Assembly (NCBI GenBank): GCA_035221665.1
Contig: CM069137.1
Span: 38,502,001 to 38,565,882 of the forward strand
Direction: 5' to 3'
Origin: Okamejei kenojei
Lineage: Eukaryota
DNA: 63,882 nucleotides
Under the pieces are notes generated by a model, which did no database searches, was not told the DNA's origin, and saw only the letters and a list, made by a program, of their open reading frames with translations. This document shows positions 41,092 to 55,282 of the stretch, piece by piece. Position numbers and translations under genes: made by a program. The first letter of the stretch is position 1, and every line of letters begins with the position of its first letter.

Positions 41092-43030
41092 GTTGGGGTA
41101 CTGTCTCCAATTTTGGGCACTGTGCCTTTGGCAAAGTGTGAAGGCTTTGGAGAGGGTACAGAAACGATTCACCAGAATATTTCAATGGATGAGGAACACA
41201 GTTATAGAGATTGGAGATGGTGGGATTGGTCCCAACAAAGGAGAGGATTTGGTTAGAGCATGGAGAATTGTTTCTGTCACCGAGAGAGGAGATAATCAGA
41301 AAACATACCGTTAAGATATTGAACTATGATGTGAAGGAAAATCTTATAATGCAAATTGTATAGAGACTTGATTGGGAAAGAAGTGCACACAATGGGAATA
41401 ATTGGAATAGTCAGCACAAATTTAATGAATCAAATAGCTTATTTCTGTGGATCCACATTCCCTTTTGACTAGATGTATGTACTTTCACAATATTTATGAT
41501 GGTGTCCATGGAATTTTTTAAATTAATAACAGGTTTAAAAATGAACTAGCATTTATGCAGTGTTTTACATGATCTTTTTAAATAATTCTATTGATCTAGC
41601 CTTCAAAAACCTGCAGAGTAGAGAATTATGCAGAATCGTTGCCTTTGCAAGCAGTGGCCAGATGAATTTTAATGTTATAAAATGCGAACAGTTACACATT
41701 AGGAAGAAGAATGAGAAAGGCAATATAAACTACACTGGTCACCCACATACTGCTAACTCAGAGTTTTGCAATCATGCCCTTGTTCCTCCAGTCGAAACAA
41801 ACACAGACACATTTTTTTTAAATCACTCAGGCTGTATGCCTCTGTGTCAGGAAGCTGGCTACTGAGAACCTGGCACAAGACCCCGTCTTTCACTGACTCT
41901 CCTTATGCCTGCATTCTAACTAGTCTGGTGAGTCTGGGTCTTCGCTGGGGACTGACATTGGAAGTTTATATCAGTTCCAGCAGGAGGAAGTAAGAGAGAC
42001 TATTGGAGCTGGGCAGGCCATCTTCACACCAATGGCCTGCAATCTCCTTTGCCCACCGGGGTGCACCTCTGAGCCCAAATGTTGGTGCTGAGCAGCTGTA
42101 ATGTTTGCCCCATGCTGTCCAAAAGCAGCCCTCATTGCAGCCTGTCCACAGAAAGTCTGGGGCACTTGATTGCTGGATTCCGTTCCCAAAACCACAGCCC
42201 ACAGCAGTGGAGAAGGCAGGCGTTCACATCATTTTCCCGGCATGGCAGCTTTGTCACTATTGCACCTCTCCATATATAATGTTATAAATGCTATGTTTGC
42301 ATAGTTCCCATTAGGGATCTTGTTCCTGAGAATATATCTTCTGTGCCAAACTTGGCACCAACCTACAGGGCACAATTCTAAAAGGGGTACTGGAACAGCG
42401 ACATCTGGGGGATATGACCATGGATCAATGAAAGTGGCACATCAGTTGGAAAGAAATTAAAAAGGCATATGGTATCTGCACTTTATAAATAGAGACATGG
42501 AGTCCACGCGCAACAAGTTATGATAAACATTTACAAAAAATAGTTCAACCACTATTATGTTCACTTCTAGGTATAATACTTTAAGAAAAGTGTAAAAGCC
42601 TTGAAGAAGATGTAGAAGAAATTTTACCAAAATATTTTAGAGATATATGTCCTTTGTTATATGAATAGACTGCAGAAGCCGGCATTTTTCATTGTTGGAA
42701 CAGAAGAGATCTGAAGGTTGTAAAGAGTGTAGATCAAGATAAATTGTTCAATTTGGCAGAAAGATTAAGAATTGGAGACACAGAGTGAAGATACTTGGCA
42801 AAAGAATCAAAATGACATGAGAAGTAATTTTATTACACAATGAGCGTTAAAATCTGGACTGACTGCCGGGAATAGTAGTCGAGCAGATTCAAGCTGGATA
42901 AGTATCCAAGAGTCAACAAAATAAGGTTATGGGGAAAGACTGGGCATTTGGGATTCCTCTCTTGTGGACCTGTTACGGGCAATAGCCCTAATTACCTTTC
43001 TTTGCACTGTAAACATTCTGTGATTCCGTG
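41092..43030 (+). mobile_element. Cluster of old CR1 fragments
   Basis: YCLQFW...KALERVQKRFTR (41092-41200), QMNFNV.KC..LH (41640-41730) and a long decayed 3' part (42360-43030). Confidence 0.6.
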
Positions 43031-43204
43031 ATTGTGTCTTCTACTGTGATTCGCTTTGGAACTGGAACATAGTTTGTTTATAATTTCCTCTGGTTAGCAT
43101 TATATTGTTTTGACTAAACAATTCAAATTCTACTCTTCTTGTTGATTGTTGTTTTGGTTGGCATGTTAAGTATTGACTTTACTACAACTCAATTTTATTC
43201 CACT

Positions 43205-44010
43205 TCAATTTCCTCCAGTCCCAATTTTTGAATTTTAGAAATTTTTTGATCCAAATCCAATTGCTGCTTTTTTCAGCAGAATTTGATAATTATTTGATTG
43301 CTTGTTGGAGGGAGCGACCTCTCACTCCCAGTTTCTTTAATAGCCTGGTCATAGATGTAGCAACAAATCCTCTGCATCCCACTTCTACAGGGAAAATCTT
43401 GGTCTTCCAGCCATTCTGGGAAGCTTCAGTCGCCAGTTCAGAGTACTTGGTCTTTTTCCTCTCAACACCATCTTCCCATGGAACTGTCAATTCCACAACG
43501 TATTCCAACTTGGCTCTTGTGGACCACAGGACCATGTCTGGCCGGAGTGTTGTAGCCACAATGTCTGGGGGAAACGCAAGCTTTTTTTCTAAGTCCACTT
43601 CCATTTTCTAATCCTGAGCAAGCTGCAGAATGCTTGCATCCTTTGATGTTATCTGATGCACTGGAGGTTGGCCTGCTGGTACAAATGTTGTGAAGTGGAC
43701 ATTTCCAGCCGATGTTTGTGGGGAAGCATTTGTGATCTTACGCCTCTGTTCCAGGATTGATGCTAGTTGGCTGGGAACTTGGTGATGCCGCCAAGTGTAA
43801 CGCCCTTGGCCGAGGCTCATAGTGCATCCTGTTAAAATGTGCCTCAGTGATGCAGGTGCTTGGCAACGGGGGTCTTCTCTGAACCACTGCTTCAGGTTCT
43901 GGGGTGATGGTAGAACGTCATAAGTGGCTCTGATGACAAAACTTAGCCAAGATCCTTCCATTTGCCAGATGTCACGCCAGCTCAGTTTCCTCTTTTCCAG
44001 GCACTCCAAG
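43205..44010 (-). mobile_element. HERO-clade (restriction-like endonuclease) non-LTR retrotransposon, 3' fragment
   Basis: IRATYDVLPSP.NL, degenerate CCHC knuckle (..HILTGC), RYTWRH, and RLE motifs LRPDMVLWS...VELTVPWE...KK.KY...PVEVGCRGFV. Confidence 0.8.
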
Positions 44011-44596
44011 TTAGTCCAAATAGAAAATTAGTGAAAATAGAGAGATAAATATCAGTTATACATTATTTCAAATTGATTTTAGTTAAAAGTTATTAAGTAT
44101 TCTTTCAGTGTTCTCTCAGTATTTTTAATTATTTTAGCTTCTGTTTTGCATTATATTTTAATTGTTTTTAAAACTGTTTAATAGATTTTTATAGTTTTTA
44201 TATTTAAGCACATTCAGAAGTGTTGGAAGTTTTCACCATTGGCTACATTAGGCACATTGGTTTAGTAAGGCTGTCAATTTCAGCTGTTTTGTGGGTGGGG
44301 TTTCTTCAGGCTTCCCAATTCCCAATAGGTGACAGCATTTATATTCACAAGGTTCTGCCACTGCCCAGGATTTTACCATTGTGAACCAGGCCTGCACTCG
44401 ATCGGTTTAGATTATTTTCATACGCCAGCAGTGAACGTAGATGGGTTGCCTTTGACAGGAAATTCTGGTTCAATATGTAGTAATGTAAAAAGGGACATAG
44501 AGCAAATCGAAGACCGTTTGATCACATGGGTTCCATTTCTTAAGTCTTTTTTTAATGTTATTGATATTATATAAACTAATGTTTTAATTACATGTA

Positions 44597-44928
44597 CAGG
44601 CACTCCCCGACCTACGTGACAGGTAACTTACGTAAACTCGCACTTATGTAAGCAACTGTTTATGCTCACTGCTTTATTTATGAGCTACGTGTCTCTGCGG
44701 TCTCAGTAGCAGTGCGCTACTGCTGTCACATGTGGCCGTTTATACAAAACAATCAACAGTTCTCATGGATCCTCCCACGTGGTCTCCGCATCAGAACTCC
44801 CAAGTGGTTTCTATGTCGAATAGTAAACTTACACTTGTGCAATAGCATTTCTGTTTACGATTTTCGTAACCTCTAACTTACGCAAGGGTCCGCATGATCT
44901 AACCCTTACGTAAGTTGGGGAACGTCTG
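44597..44928. mobile_element. Tigger/pogo-like (Tc1-mariner) MITE
   Basis: TA on both flanks. ~20-bp imperfect TIRs CAGGCACTCCCCGACCTACG / CGTAAGTTGGGGAACGTCTG (5 transitions). Internal CTTACG repeats. Confidence 0.7.
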
Positions 44929-47900
44929 TATATACTAAGTTCTACACGTTAATAACATGCGACTGTGATAACTTGTCACTTGATAATATACTCTGATGCC
45001 ATAATGTCAAAGCCATTTGGAACAAAATGTACCCATGGAGGGAAATGAACAAATGTCTTTTGAGGGTTGTGATGTGACTTGTAATAAATGGGTTTTTGGT
45101 GACCTGACAAGGCTGGCTCAAATATATAGAAAAATCCATCTGTATCAATGAATTGGGATAAAAATCAATTTATTCTAGTTGCACAGAAATTACCTAGGAA
45201 CAAATCAGCACAATTCTAGATTTGTGTTATTATTACACTGAAATTTGTAGGAAGTGCTTTTCTTTTTACTCTGTTTGATCTCCAGATTCTTTCAAGATGT
45301 CCTTCGATTAATTGTTGTGTTTCACAATTGTGGCATTCTACTGTAGTTTATTTTGGTCAATAATAAAAGAGGAACTTCTTGTTTAGATAATGCTTTAATA
45401 TGTGCTTCATCGGTAGTTTGCACGCAGTAATTCTTCATAAATTTCCACACTGCATGTTTTCCTTCTAACTTAAGTCTAACCACAGTCATTTTTTGGATAC
45501 CTCTTAGAATCTTTCTATCACTCCATTGACACAATATGCTGTTATCTTCAATGATAAAATTTAGGATATACTTGTTGGAATCCTGCTCAGTTAAATAATG
45601 CATTTTATCAACTCTGACAGCTTTTGGAATTCCTTGGATACAAAGATCTTATCCAGTAAATGTACTACAGCTCGAGCAGATGTTACTTTCAGAGCTTCAA
45701 TTTCTGGAAATACTAAGTGCATTCCAAGGCTCTCTTGGGCAACCTCCCATCCTTCACCCTCATTAAACTTCAGTTCACACAATGCGTGGCTTTCTCTAAA
45801 CCATCCATCACTTCCATTTTCAGATTCTCATCCTCATGTTAAATCCCTTTATGGTCTTTATGTGACCTCTTCCAGCCCTACAAACTCTTTAACCATGTTT
45901 GATTTCTCACTGGAAATTTACCTCCTTCGCTATTAATCCTATAACTTGGCAAAACTTTGGATAAAGCTGCACATGACCATCTCTAGAAAGCTTCTCATCT
46001 CAGTGGCGTTTAGTGTTTTGGGATCTGGGTAGCTTAATCCTTACTTTAAACATTTTTCCTACAAGGCAACAATGATGAAATTTCAAAATTACTCTATTAG
46101 CTATGCAGCACTTTGGGGCATCCTGTTAGCAAGTTAGCAACTTTATAATGGAAAGATCTTTCCTTGCTTCTTTACCAGATGATAACTATATTTTCCAAAT
46201 AACATTTATTTTTATAAGTAACATTTTATGGGAAAGCACACAATCTTTACCTCAGTCCTTTTGTTCAAGGTGCATATCACTGCATTGATATTTATTTGAC
46301 TAGATGCCTCCAATTCTGTCCATGCTGCACAGTACTTCCAGTATTTACCATCTGACATGATGATCAGTTCAGCATTGCTTTTTCAACAGCAGCTCCAAGC
46401 GTATGATGCCACCAGCTAGAATGATAAGGGAATCAGAAGAATGAGAACATAAATACCATCAAATTCCCTTCCAAATAGGACACCATCCTAATATATATGT
46501 ATATTCCCTTGCCATAATTGGATCAAAACCAGGAACTTCCTGTTTATCAGTATTCTGTTTTATTTTTTGATGCTTAATTGTGAATCAACATGTTCATGAT
46601 TTTTTATTGAAGTCACAATCACTTCTCATGGTTTCCCACTGGTTTTAATAGCTCACGCTCAATTGGAAGTACTGTGATCGAACTATCACTTTCTGGAGGT
46701 TTCAAGCTACCTTTCATTCAGAACTGTCACAATTTACTTTGACGTGTACAGTTTTACCTTTTGCTTGCTGCTCAGCCGCTATGATTTCTTCTCATCTCTT
46801 TTTGAAAATCCTATAAAGGATAACTGTGAAAAATAATTTATTTTCCCACAAGATCAAAATGATATTTGTTTGCCATGTGTCTGTGTCATGTTGTTACATG
46901 CCACCTCAAAGCTACATTATTTGACAAGTGTTAATATGCGTTAGTTTTATTCAGATGCTCATTTCTTAATGCTTAAACTTGCTACATGTGGTTCTGGGCT
47001 TGTATTCCATCTCTATAGCCTTTAGTACACATCCAGTTAAGTCAATTCAGTGTGCCACTCAATTACTTCACACATTTTCCACATCAAACAATTGTAAAGA
47101 GTTTGATGTTCATAATTTACATATTTGACCACACTTCAATGCAAATTGCTTGAACTACAGTATGCATGAAATTGATCCAGTGACTAATTAAGTTTTGTAG
47201 GAATTATGATTTTTTCACATGGCATATTTTTAAAATGCTAACCAGTTTTTCTTTATTAATTTGGCACTTGCCAATTCCTATTTGATTCCTTCAATCCCTT
47301 GACTGAAATTGGCTGAAGAGTAATTTCTGTGATGGTGGGGAACTTAGGAGAAAGCTGAGATAGATCATTTTGACCAAGCAGAAGTACAAATGCTTTGGCC
47401 TTGTCTTTATCATCCATGAGGATGGGGACGTTGCATCCTCCTTCTTCAATGAACTGTTTAATTGTCCACCACCTGAGATTGTAGGACTACAGAGTGGTGA
47501 AATGATCCATTGTTTGTGAGATTGCTTTGCTCTGATTATTGCATGCTACTGTGAGAAATTCTTGTGTGAAAACTGACTGTTTTATTTTTATAATATAATA
47601 TAATATAATTCTTGCATTATAGCGGTAAATCCCTTCCAAAATACTTCATTCAGTGCAAACCATACACTAATTTGTCCTGAAAGTTATGTGAAATGGCTTT
47701 ACAAATGTAAGTTTATTTTTCTGTTTTATTTTATTAATGAATGATGTGTTTAATGTACAGTTGTAAAACATCCATTCTCTTGGAAAGCAGAGTATAAAGT
47801 CAGGTGATTTTTGTGAATGTCCCAAAAATGAAAGATGAGATAACATTTATTTCAAACATGGTCAGTGAGCAAATTGAAAATAAATGTCTTTGCTGTTGTG

Positions 47901-48214
47901 GTATATCAAGAAGATTGTATTTGATCTGTATCTCATTGTATCTCCTTTTCGTGTTAAAACCTGGCAGGTTTTTAGCAGCAGCTTGGGATTCCTGAGCACT
48001 GAAATGCAGACTACCACTCTCATCATGCCTGCACTGTGTGGGTGGACTTCTCATATACTCCAATGGGACAGAGGAGACTCTCAGGCATCCCAGCACATGC
48101 ATACCCATTGGGCCCATCAAAATCAATTTTAAAAAAAAGCAGACATACTCTGTCCACGGAAGAGTGAGTACAAGTTAACTTTCTCTTACATTGATCTAAT
48201 TCAGTTATTTCAAA

Positions 48215-49069
48215 TCTACAATTTGAGAGGGAGATTGGAAAATCTGAAGTATCAGTATTACAGTTGAACAAAGGGGACTATGGAACCATGAGGGAGGAGC
48301 AGGCCAAAGTTGACTGGAAAGATACCCCAGCAGGGATGACAGTGGAACAACAATGGCAGGTATTTCTGGGAATAATACAGAAGGTGCAGGATCAGTTTAT
48401 TCCAAAGAGGAAGAAAGATTCCAAGGGGAGTAAGGGGTGACCGTGGCTGACAAGGGAAGTTAGGGACAGTATAAAAATAAAGGAGAAGAATTATAATGTA
48501 GCAAAAATACTGTAAGCAGGAAGTCAGAGGATTGGGCAACTTTTAAAAAGCGACAGAATACAACTAAAAAGGCAATACGGGAGAAAAGATGAGGTACGAA
48601 GGTAAGCTAGCCAAGAATATAAAGGAGGATAGTAAAAACTTCTTTAGGTTTGTGAAGAGGAAAAATGAGTTGAGACCAAAGTTGGACCCTTGAAGACTGA
48701 AACAGGTGAATTTATTATGGGGAACAAGGAAATAGCAGACGAGTTGAAAAGGTAGTTTGGATCCATCTTCACTAAGGAAGACACAAGCAATCTCCCTGAT
48801 GTACTAGTGGCCAGAGGATCTAGGGTGACGGAGGAACTGAAGGAAATTCACATTCGGCAGGAAATGGTGTTGTAGACTGATGGGACAGAAGTCGGATAAA
48901 TCCTCTGGGCCTGATGCGCTGCATTCCATGGTACTTAAGGAAGTGGTTCTCGAAAAACTGGACACATTGGGGATCATTTTCCAATCTTCTACAGATTCAG
49001 GATCAGTTCCCGTGGATTGGAGGGTAGCTAATGTTATCCCACTTTTTAAGAAAGACGAGAGAGAGAAAA
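48215..49069 (+). mobile_element. CR1 LINE, 5' part (interrupted by DIRS-A)
   Basis: KSSGPDALH..VLKEV...DWRVANVIPLFKK; homologous to ~150-795 of the first CR1. Confidence 0.9.
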
Positions 49070-52000
49070 TAGTAAGATTAAATGAGAACTTACCAGTTTG
49101 AAGTTTGATCTTTATTTTATGAGGAGTTACGATGAGGGATTACGTGAAGAAGCCCCGCCAGGCGCATGCACGTCATACTTCAAAGCAGTGGCATGAAAAC
49201 ACAGAAACAATAGCCGAAGTGATATAGTAAGGCTGAGAAGACTAGAACTACCAGATGATCTTTGCAATTTTGAGGTCAGGGAACGGAGGGCACGTAATCG
49301 CTCATCGTAACTCCTCATAAAATAAAGATCAAACTTCAAACAGGTAAGTTCTCGTTTAATCTTACTATTTTACTTTGGAGTCACGTGAGTGACTATGTGA
49401 AGATTTCAAAGCTCTGTGATTTCATGCCATAGATCCATTCCATATGACACACTGCTTCAGTTGACACAGTAGTGAATAAATAATGTATTGAACATTGCTT
49501 CAAATTATCCAATAATCATTTTTTAAATAGCAAAACAGTAATAACCCCTCTATCCCAGGGGAAATTACAAATGAAATTTATAAAGACAAAGCAAATCAAA
49601 TCATACGGACCCAACACAGCAAGCCCAAACCCTGGCACTGTCAGGACAGGTATATCATAAATTTTAGAAAATTTGATTCCTTAGACCATCATGCGGCCTC
49701 GCTGCAGATGTTGATGCCGCCGTGGTGAAGTGAGATTTAAACACATGAGTGTCTACTTCAGCGGAATCCAAAGCCAGGTTTACCATCTAGAAATAGTTTA
49801 TACTGACACCTTTTTATGAGGTTTTTTTGAGACTGATGAGCATTGCTGTCTCAGAGCCTCTGAGACTCTTAGTTACCTCGATATTGACTCAGGTGCTTAA
49901 CTACACATAACGTTTGGTCAACAGGGTATGCTTTAAAACTTACTTTGGTTCCGGCCATTCCTAGCCTGCTTTGTTTGATTAAATCATACACATAAAATGT
50001 AATATTATCTGCAAAAGAATACATGCTATCTAGTCGTAACTTTTGCAATGTTTGCACTCTTTGCGCTGATACTAGCGCCGTGATCTTAACCACTTTAAGT
50101 GTTAAACTCTGAAAAAACAATGACGTAATTGGAGCCCATTGCCGAAGCAGTGTGAGAACTATACTGACATCCCAGATTTCTGTATAGGATTAGGAGGATT
50201 TTTGTTACAAATTTCCTCTCATGAATCGGGACACTAATGGATGAGACCCCAATAGGTTGTTGTTCTGAAACTGCCCTAAATAGGAGGACAAAGCACTCCG
50301 AGCACTATTAATGGCACTATAACTCAAGTGTTCATCAAAAATGCAACATAGCAAGAAACTCCAATATATCCGGCATGCTTGCAGTATGATAAGATATATC
50401 TGACTGTAAACAAAACATCTCCCATTTCTTAATATGAGACACTTATTGTTTCTTAGTGCTATCTCTCCAAGCTGCAGTTATGACATATATGGTCCTATTT
50501 GACAATCCAAAGCCTTGGAACGGTCTGGTCAGAACCTGCAGATCAACAAATTAATAAGATCATGTAATGGATGACTTTCTCCTGTTACTGGACACACCAA
50601 TTACTGCAGTTGGGGACAGTCATGAATGGCTGAGATCATTCTGAGCACCAATGGGAACCATGGCTGTGTAGGCCAGTCCGGAACCACCAAAACGCCTGAG
50701 GCAGTCCTGCTCTATTTTGGTGAGACATTGCCTAATCAGGCAAAATGGGGGAAAAGCATAAAATAATGTACGTCCCCAATGTAGCGAGAATGCATCCACC
50801 GCTACTGGTCCTGCATCCGGTTCCCATGAAACATATTTAGGCAACTGGTGATTTAGCCTGGATGCAAACAGATCAATATCTGGCAACCCATAGCGGCTGA
50901 CAATCATTTTAAAACTTCAGGATTTAATCATCCATTCTATGTTGTCATTGAACTTTTGTGACCTGTTGTCTGCCACCACATTGTCTCTACCTGGTAGGTA
51001 GATAACGGAGACCCAGATGTTTCTGGAAATACACCAGTGCCACATGAGGTTAGCCAGATTATCACATGATACTGACCTTATTCCTGTCGTGGGATTGATA
51101 TATGGCACAGCCGTGGTATTATCAATCTGGAGTTGAACATGTAAATTATTCATTGTTGAACAATAAGCTTTTAATCCATAGAATGCACCCAGCAATTCTA
51201 GGTAATTTATATCGTGCCTGTGCAGGATTAAATCCTCTTGCACACCCAATCTACCACCACAGCTAGACTCGCTGTCCGTAGCTCCCCATCCAGCAGCACT
51301 CACATCTGTCTGTAAAAGCACTGAAGGATGCTGAACCAAAATGTTTTTGGTAGTTTGTACAATATTGATAATCCACCATTGTAATTGAGCTATGGCTCCG
51401 GTTGGTAACTGCATTGGTCTATCAAAATGACCTACATGTTCTTTAAGTGCTATTTCTCTAGCTCGTTGCAGACTTTGATAGTGCAGTGGTACAAACACTG
51501 GCTACTTCCCGAATGGAGGGATATTGTTTTTCAGCGAGACTAGTACAGACTTCTCTGATCTCCACAGCCTTGGCTGTAGGCAAAGTCTCTGACATATCAA
51601 CTTGAATCAATGACACATCCCAAATAATCAATTTTTTAGGATGGTTCTAACTTGGATTTGGTTGGATGGACCAGGAACCCTAACCTTTCAAACAGGTATT
51701 TGGTTGCTGAAAACCAATTCCTCAGCTGTCTCCTGAGTGTTGCTCATGATTAAAATATCATCTAGATAAACCATTACCATGTGATTCTGGGCCCGAAGAA
51801 GCGACAGCACTGGTTTCAAAAAATTCTTGAACAGCCTAGGAGCTGAGGTTAACTCATTGGATAATGCTTTAAATTGCCACAGCTATCCCATCCAACTAAA
51901 TTTCAAGTATCTCTGATACTGTTGATGAATTGGTACTGAATAATATGCATATTTTAGGTCTATAGTTGCCATATAACAGCCTTGTGATAACAGCTGTTTT

Positions 52001-53931
52001 GCAGTATTGAAGGTGTCCATTTTAAAATGCTTATACTGAACATAGGAATTTAACCGGTTTTGGTCCAGAATGACTCTACATCCCCCATCTTTTCTCTGTC
52101 TGGGAATATGTTAGACACAAATTGTTGAGGATGGTTTGTCATCCTCTCAATTACCCCTATTTTGGGACAAAACCGTAATTTCTACTTTTACCTGCTGAGT
52201 TTGTGGTGCAAAAAACCCCAATACTCTATTAGGCATATTATGTACAGGCGGATCAATTCCTGACATAAACTCTATTTGAGCCTGACACAGTACAAACCGA
52301 TGAGATGTTATCGCAGTACCATTCATCATAACAATTGCAAACCTACCCCCAACTGGAGGTTGTTCCCCAGAAATCTTATCCTGGACAGAATGAATCACTT
52401 GTACCTCTACAGTTGGCCTTGAAGTCCTCCTTCTTCCCATATTGGGGTTGTAGCAGGGATACACAGGTGAGTAATATCATCGTCCCACAGGCCCCACTCT
52501 GCTTGGCCCTGCCCCTGGATCCGTCACCTTTCGCGCTGAAAACGACCTGCGAGGTGGTATCCTGGCAGAAGGGACGTATGACTTCATGAGACGGATTGTT
52601 TTGGCATCTTTCTCCAGGTCCTTGACTTGTTTGATGAGGTCCACCCCAAATAAATAATCTGCGGCTTGAACATTTGTAGACCTACATCGAGCTGCAAACT
52701 TTGGGTTTCAACATCGGTTTGATGGCTATCTTCCTGATGCAATTGACCTCGAAGTAGGCGTTGCAGAACAGGGCCAGCATATCTTGTTACCAGACATCGG
52801 TGCCCCCTGGACCATTTTTCCAAATGCAGTGATGCCTGCTGCCATCAACTTGAGGACGTGCTGAAATCTCACTTCTTGTCCCCGCATCGTTGCACTCATT
52901 TGTTCCCTTGCCGAGTTCACGGTGGGCATTTTGCGTGAAGCACAGTTTACAGGTGTTTTGTAACGTGTGGCAGTCTCCTCCATGATCGTATCCTGGAGCT
53001 GGTGAGAAGCCATGTAATTTACATTGGCGGCTAGAGTTTTCTCGATAGCCTCTCCAGTCCCTTCTGGGTTTAGCGAAAGTTTAACGCTACGTTCGGGACA
53101 CCTGGAGCACAGCTCGTGTGCTCTGGTGTGTGCACAAATGCAGTGACACCAGCTTCAGGGTCAGATTCCTCGTTCCCTGGCTTCTCCGGAGTCATGCTCT
53201 AGGGAGGTCTCTTCCAGCCCTAAACAAGGTGCTGGAGAGGATGATTCCCACTGTTATCCATAAGCGGTGTTTTCTACTTCGCTGTATGGTCCTCTGCGAG
53301 AGACTGTGTGGGGAATCCTAGGGGCATTCGACCCCAATTAAAATTTTCCATAGCTCTTTAAATTTGGAGCATTTTCCCATTTGGTTGAGCCATCCCCATA
53401 CCTTTAAATCAAAAGGAAGGAGTCTTCCACATCATCAGACTCATGAGACAAATGAGCCTAAGAGTACTTTATTTTGGTATTCCTGAATTCCCTGAAGCAC
53501 TGGAAATTGATGGAGGCAGTTGAGCTGCCAGTAGAAACAATAGCCGGTATTGGAGCTGGCATTAGCGCAGCTGTTATCTCCAAACCTGATCTAAATAGCG
53601 GTAATCGCGGAGCCAGCTTTAGCGCAGCCGTTATCTACCTATCCGATCTATAAGCGGTAACCGCGGTCCCCGCATGTTCCGCTCCACTATAGCAGTTCAT
53701 ATTTTTAATACCTCCATATTAGGAACTCTAGCTGGCTCTCCGAGCCAGACCTACAGAGTTTTAAAAAATACTTGCAGGGAAGGTTTAACATTGACTTACC
53801 TGCAGGTTACTACTTACCGCTGGTGGAGCTGAGCTCTCCAGCCCATCGGTGCGCCATGCATCGGACGTAATGACGCGCATGCGCCTGGCGGGGCTTCTTC
53901 ACATAGTCACTGACGTGACTCCGAAGTAAAA
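49066..53931 (-). mobile_element. DIRS1-like tyrosine-recombinase retrotransposon, copy A (full length, decayed)
   Basis: Minus-strand order is gag, RT, RNase H (LQTD.S..GWG, INYLEL, DNTTAV), MT (DLFAS...YAFPPF), YR (SAQRVQTL, HFTTAAS). 33-bp inverted repeats at 49144-49176 and 53870-53902. ICR at 49291-49403. AAAA at both ends. Confidence 0.93.
49291..49403 (-). repeat. DIRS internal complementary region (ICR)
   Basis: 49291-49371 is the reverse complement of 49066-49146 (3 mismatches in 81). 49368-49403 is the reverse complement of 53896-53931. Confidence 0.93.
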
Positions 53932-55282
53932 CAGGGAATTATAGACCAGTTAGCCTGACATCGGTGGTGGGGAAGATGCTGGAATCAATTATAAAAGATG
54001 AAATAGCAACACATTTGGATAGCAGCAGCAGGATCGGTCCGAGTCAGCATCGATTTACAAAGGGGAAATAATGCTTGACTAATCTTCTGGAATTTTTTGA
54101 GGATGTAACTAGGAAAATGGGCAAGGGAGAGCCAGTGGATGTAGTATACATGGACTTTCAGCAAGCATTTGATAAGGTCCCACATAGGAGGTTAGTGGGC
54201 AAAATTAGAGCACATGGTATTGGGGGTAGGCTGCTGACAGATAGAAAATTGGTTGGCAGACAGGAAACAAAGAGTAGGGATTAACGGGTCCCTTTCAGAA
54301 TGGCAGGCTAGTGGGTGTTGGGACCGCAGCTATTTACAATAAACATTAATGATTTAGATGAAGGGATTAAAAGTAACATTAGCAAATTTGCAGATGACAC
54401 AAAGCTGGGTGGCAGTGTGAATTGTGAAGAGGATGCTGGGCGACTTGGACAGGTTGGGTGAGTTGGGTATATCTACATGGCAGATGCAGTTTAATGTGGA
54501 TAAATGTGAGATCCACTTTGGTGGCAAAAATAGGAAGGCAGATTATTATCTGAATGGTCTCATTGGGAAAAGGGGAAGTACAATGAGATCTAGGGGTCCT
54601 TGTGCATCACTCACTGAAAGTAAGCATGCAGGTACAGCAGGCAGTGAAGAAAACAAATGGCATGTTGGCCTTCATGACAAGAAGAGTTTAGCAAAGGAGA
54701 TAAGAGGTCCTTCTGCAGTTTTACAGGGCCCTAGTGAGACCACTTCTGGAGTATTGTGTCCAGGTTTGTACTCCAAATTTGAGGAAGGACATTCTTGCTA
54801 TTGAGGGAGTGCAGCGTAGGTTCACGAGGTTAATTCCTGGGATGGCGGAACTGTCATATGTTGATAGAATGAAGCAGCTGGGCTTTAGACGGATGAGAGA
54901 GGATCTTATTGAAACGTACAAGATTATTAAGGGTTTGGACACGCTAGACACAAGAAACATGTTCCCGATGTTGGGTGAGTCCAGAACGAGGGGCCACAGT
55001 TTAAGAATAAGTGGTAAGCCATTTAGAACGGAGATGAGGAAAAGCAGAGATGAGGGTTGTGAATCTGTGGAATTCTCTGCCTCAGAAGGAGGCCCATTCT
55101 CTGTATGCTTTCAAGAAACAGTTGGATAGAGCTCTTAAAGATATTGGGAGTCAGGGGATATGGGGAAAAGGTAGGAATGGGGTACTGAGGGTGGATGATC
55201 AGCCATGATCACAGTGAATGGCGGTGCTGGTTCGAAGGGCCGGATGGCCTACTCCTGCACCTATTGTCTATTTTCTATTGTC
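53928..55282 (+). mobile_element. CR1 LINE, 3' part (resumes after DIRS-A)
   Basis: Resumes with [45 protein letters not shown]. Tail CTATTGTCTATT. Confidence 0.93.

Noticed and set aside
49066-49403. Long hairpin as a miRNA or structured ncRNA gene
   Set aside because: Fully explained by DIRS terminus/ICR complementarity.
49620-51500. Recombinase plus methyltransferase as prophage or bacterial contamination
   Set aside because: Domain order, ITRs, ICR and clean nesting in a CR1 identify a eukaryotic DIRS element.
53562-53666. Two ~57-bp imperfect repeats as a CRISPR-like array
   Set aside because: Only two units with no spacers; a tandem duplication inside DIRS-A gag.
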